From Chiloscyllium plagiosum (taxonomy: Eukaryota): a stretch of DNA of 64,000 nt. The notes under the pieces were generated by a model. That model was not told the origin of the DNA, made no database searches, and saw only the letters and a list, made by a program, of their open reading frames with translations. The stretch lies in assembly GCF_004010195.1 (NCBI RefSeq), contig NC_057712.1, positions 26,533,688-26,597,687 of the forward strand, in the 5' to 3' direction. The position numbers and the translations under genes were made by a program. This document shows positions 63,810 to 64,000 of this stretch, piece by piece (the stretch's first letter is position 1; each line of letters opens with the position of its first letter).

Positions 63810-64000
63810 CATTATCTTTATCCTCTCTCCCATGCCCACTTACCACACAATTTGAACCTCGCTGACTTCTACTGACCCCCAGTATTTGCTAACATACTGA
63901 ACTGAAATCTTGTTCTTCTTTACAAATCCCTTTAGTGCCTCACCCCTCACCCTGTAGCACTTTTGCAATTTCCACAACCAACTTGGTTCTTTGAACCGGC
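63810..64000 (+). mobile_element. Degenerate L2-type LINE fragment
   Basis: CCTCGCTGACTTCTACTGACCCCCAG...AAATCTTGTTCTTCTTTACAAATCCCTT resembles the L2 motif LADLHWLPV..FKILILVFKSLHGLAP. Confidence 0.5.

Overview
Vertebrate (almost certainly elasmobranch/shark, judged from HE1-type V-SINEs and HER1/CR1 LINEs) intergenic or deep-intronic DNA. I could not identify a host protein-coding exon, and nearly all listed ORFs are fragments of transposable elements or their antisense frames. About half of the window is repeat-derived: CR1 and L2 LINE fragments, at least three Penelope-like (GIY-YIG) families carrying minimal hammerhead-ribozyme motifs, two Tx1/L1-clade families, several SINE families, two solo LTRs, hAT and Harbinger DNA-transposon remnants, and a tRNA-Gly pseudogene. 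The most striking structure is at 25.8-27.8 kb. There a solo LTR has been split at its TATA-box-like site by a head-to-tail stack of about 7 polyadenylated, 5'-truncated Tx1-type retrotransposon ends, most of them separated by the same 14-bp target duplication (AATTCCCTGTTAAT). This suggests a sequence-specific non-LTR element that parasitises the promoter of an LTR retrotransposon. Also notable are small fold-back elements built from two inverted hammerhead-bearing Penelope ends, a Penelope with about 360-bp inverted pseudo-LTRs, and a Penelope/CR1 junction with hairpin and tandem template-switch scars. Family names come from remembered consensus and protein motifs, not from database searches, and boundaries are read by eye.
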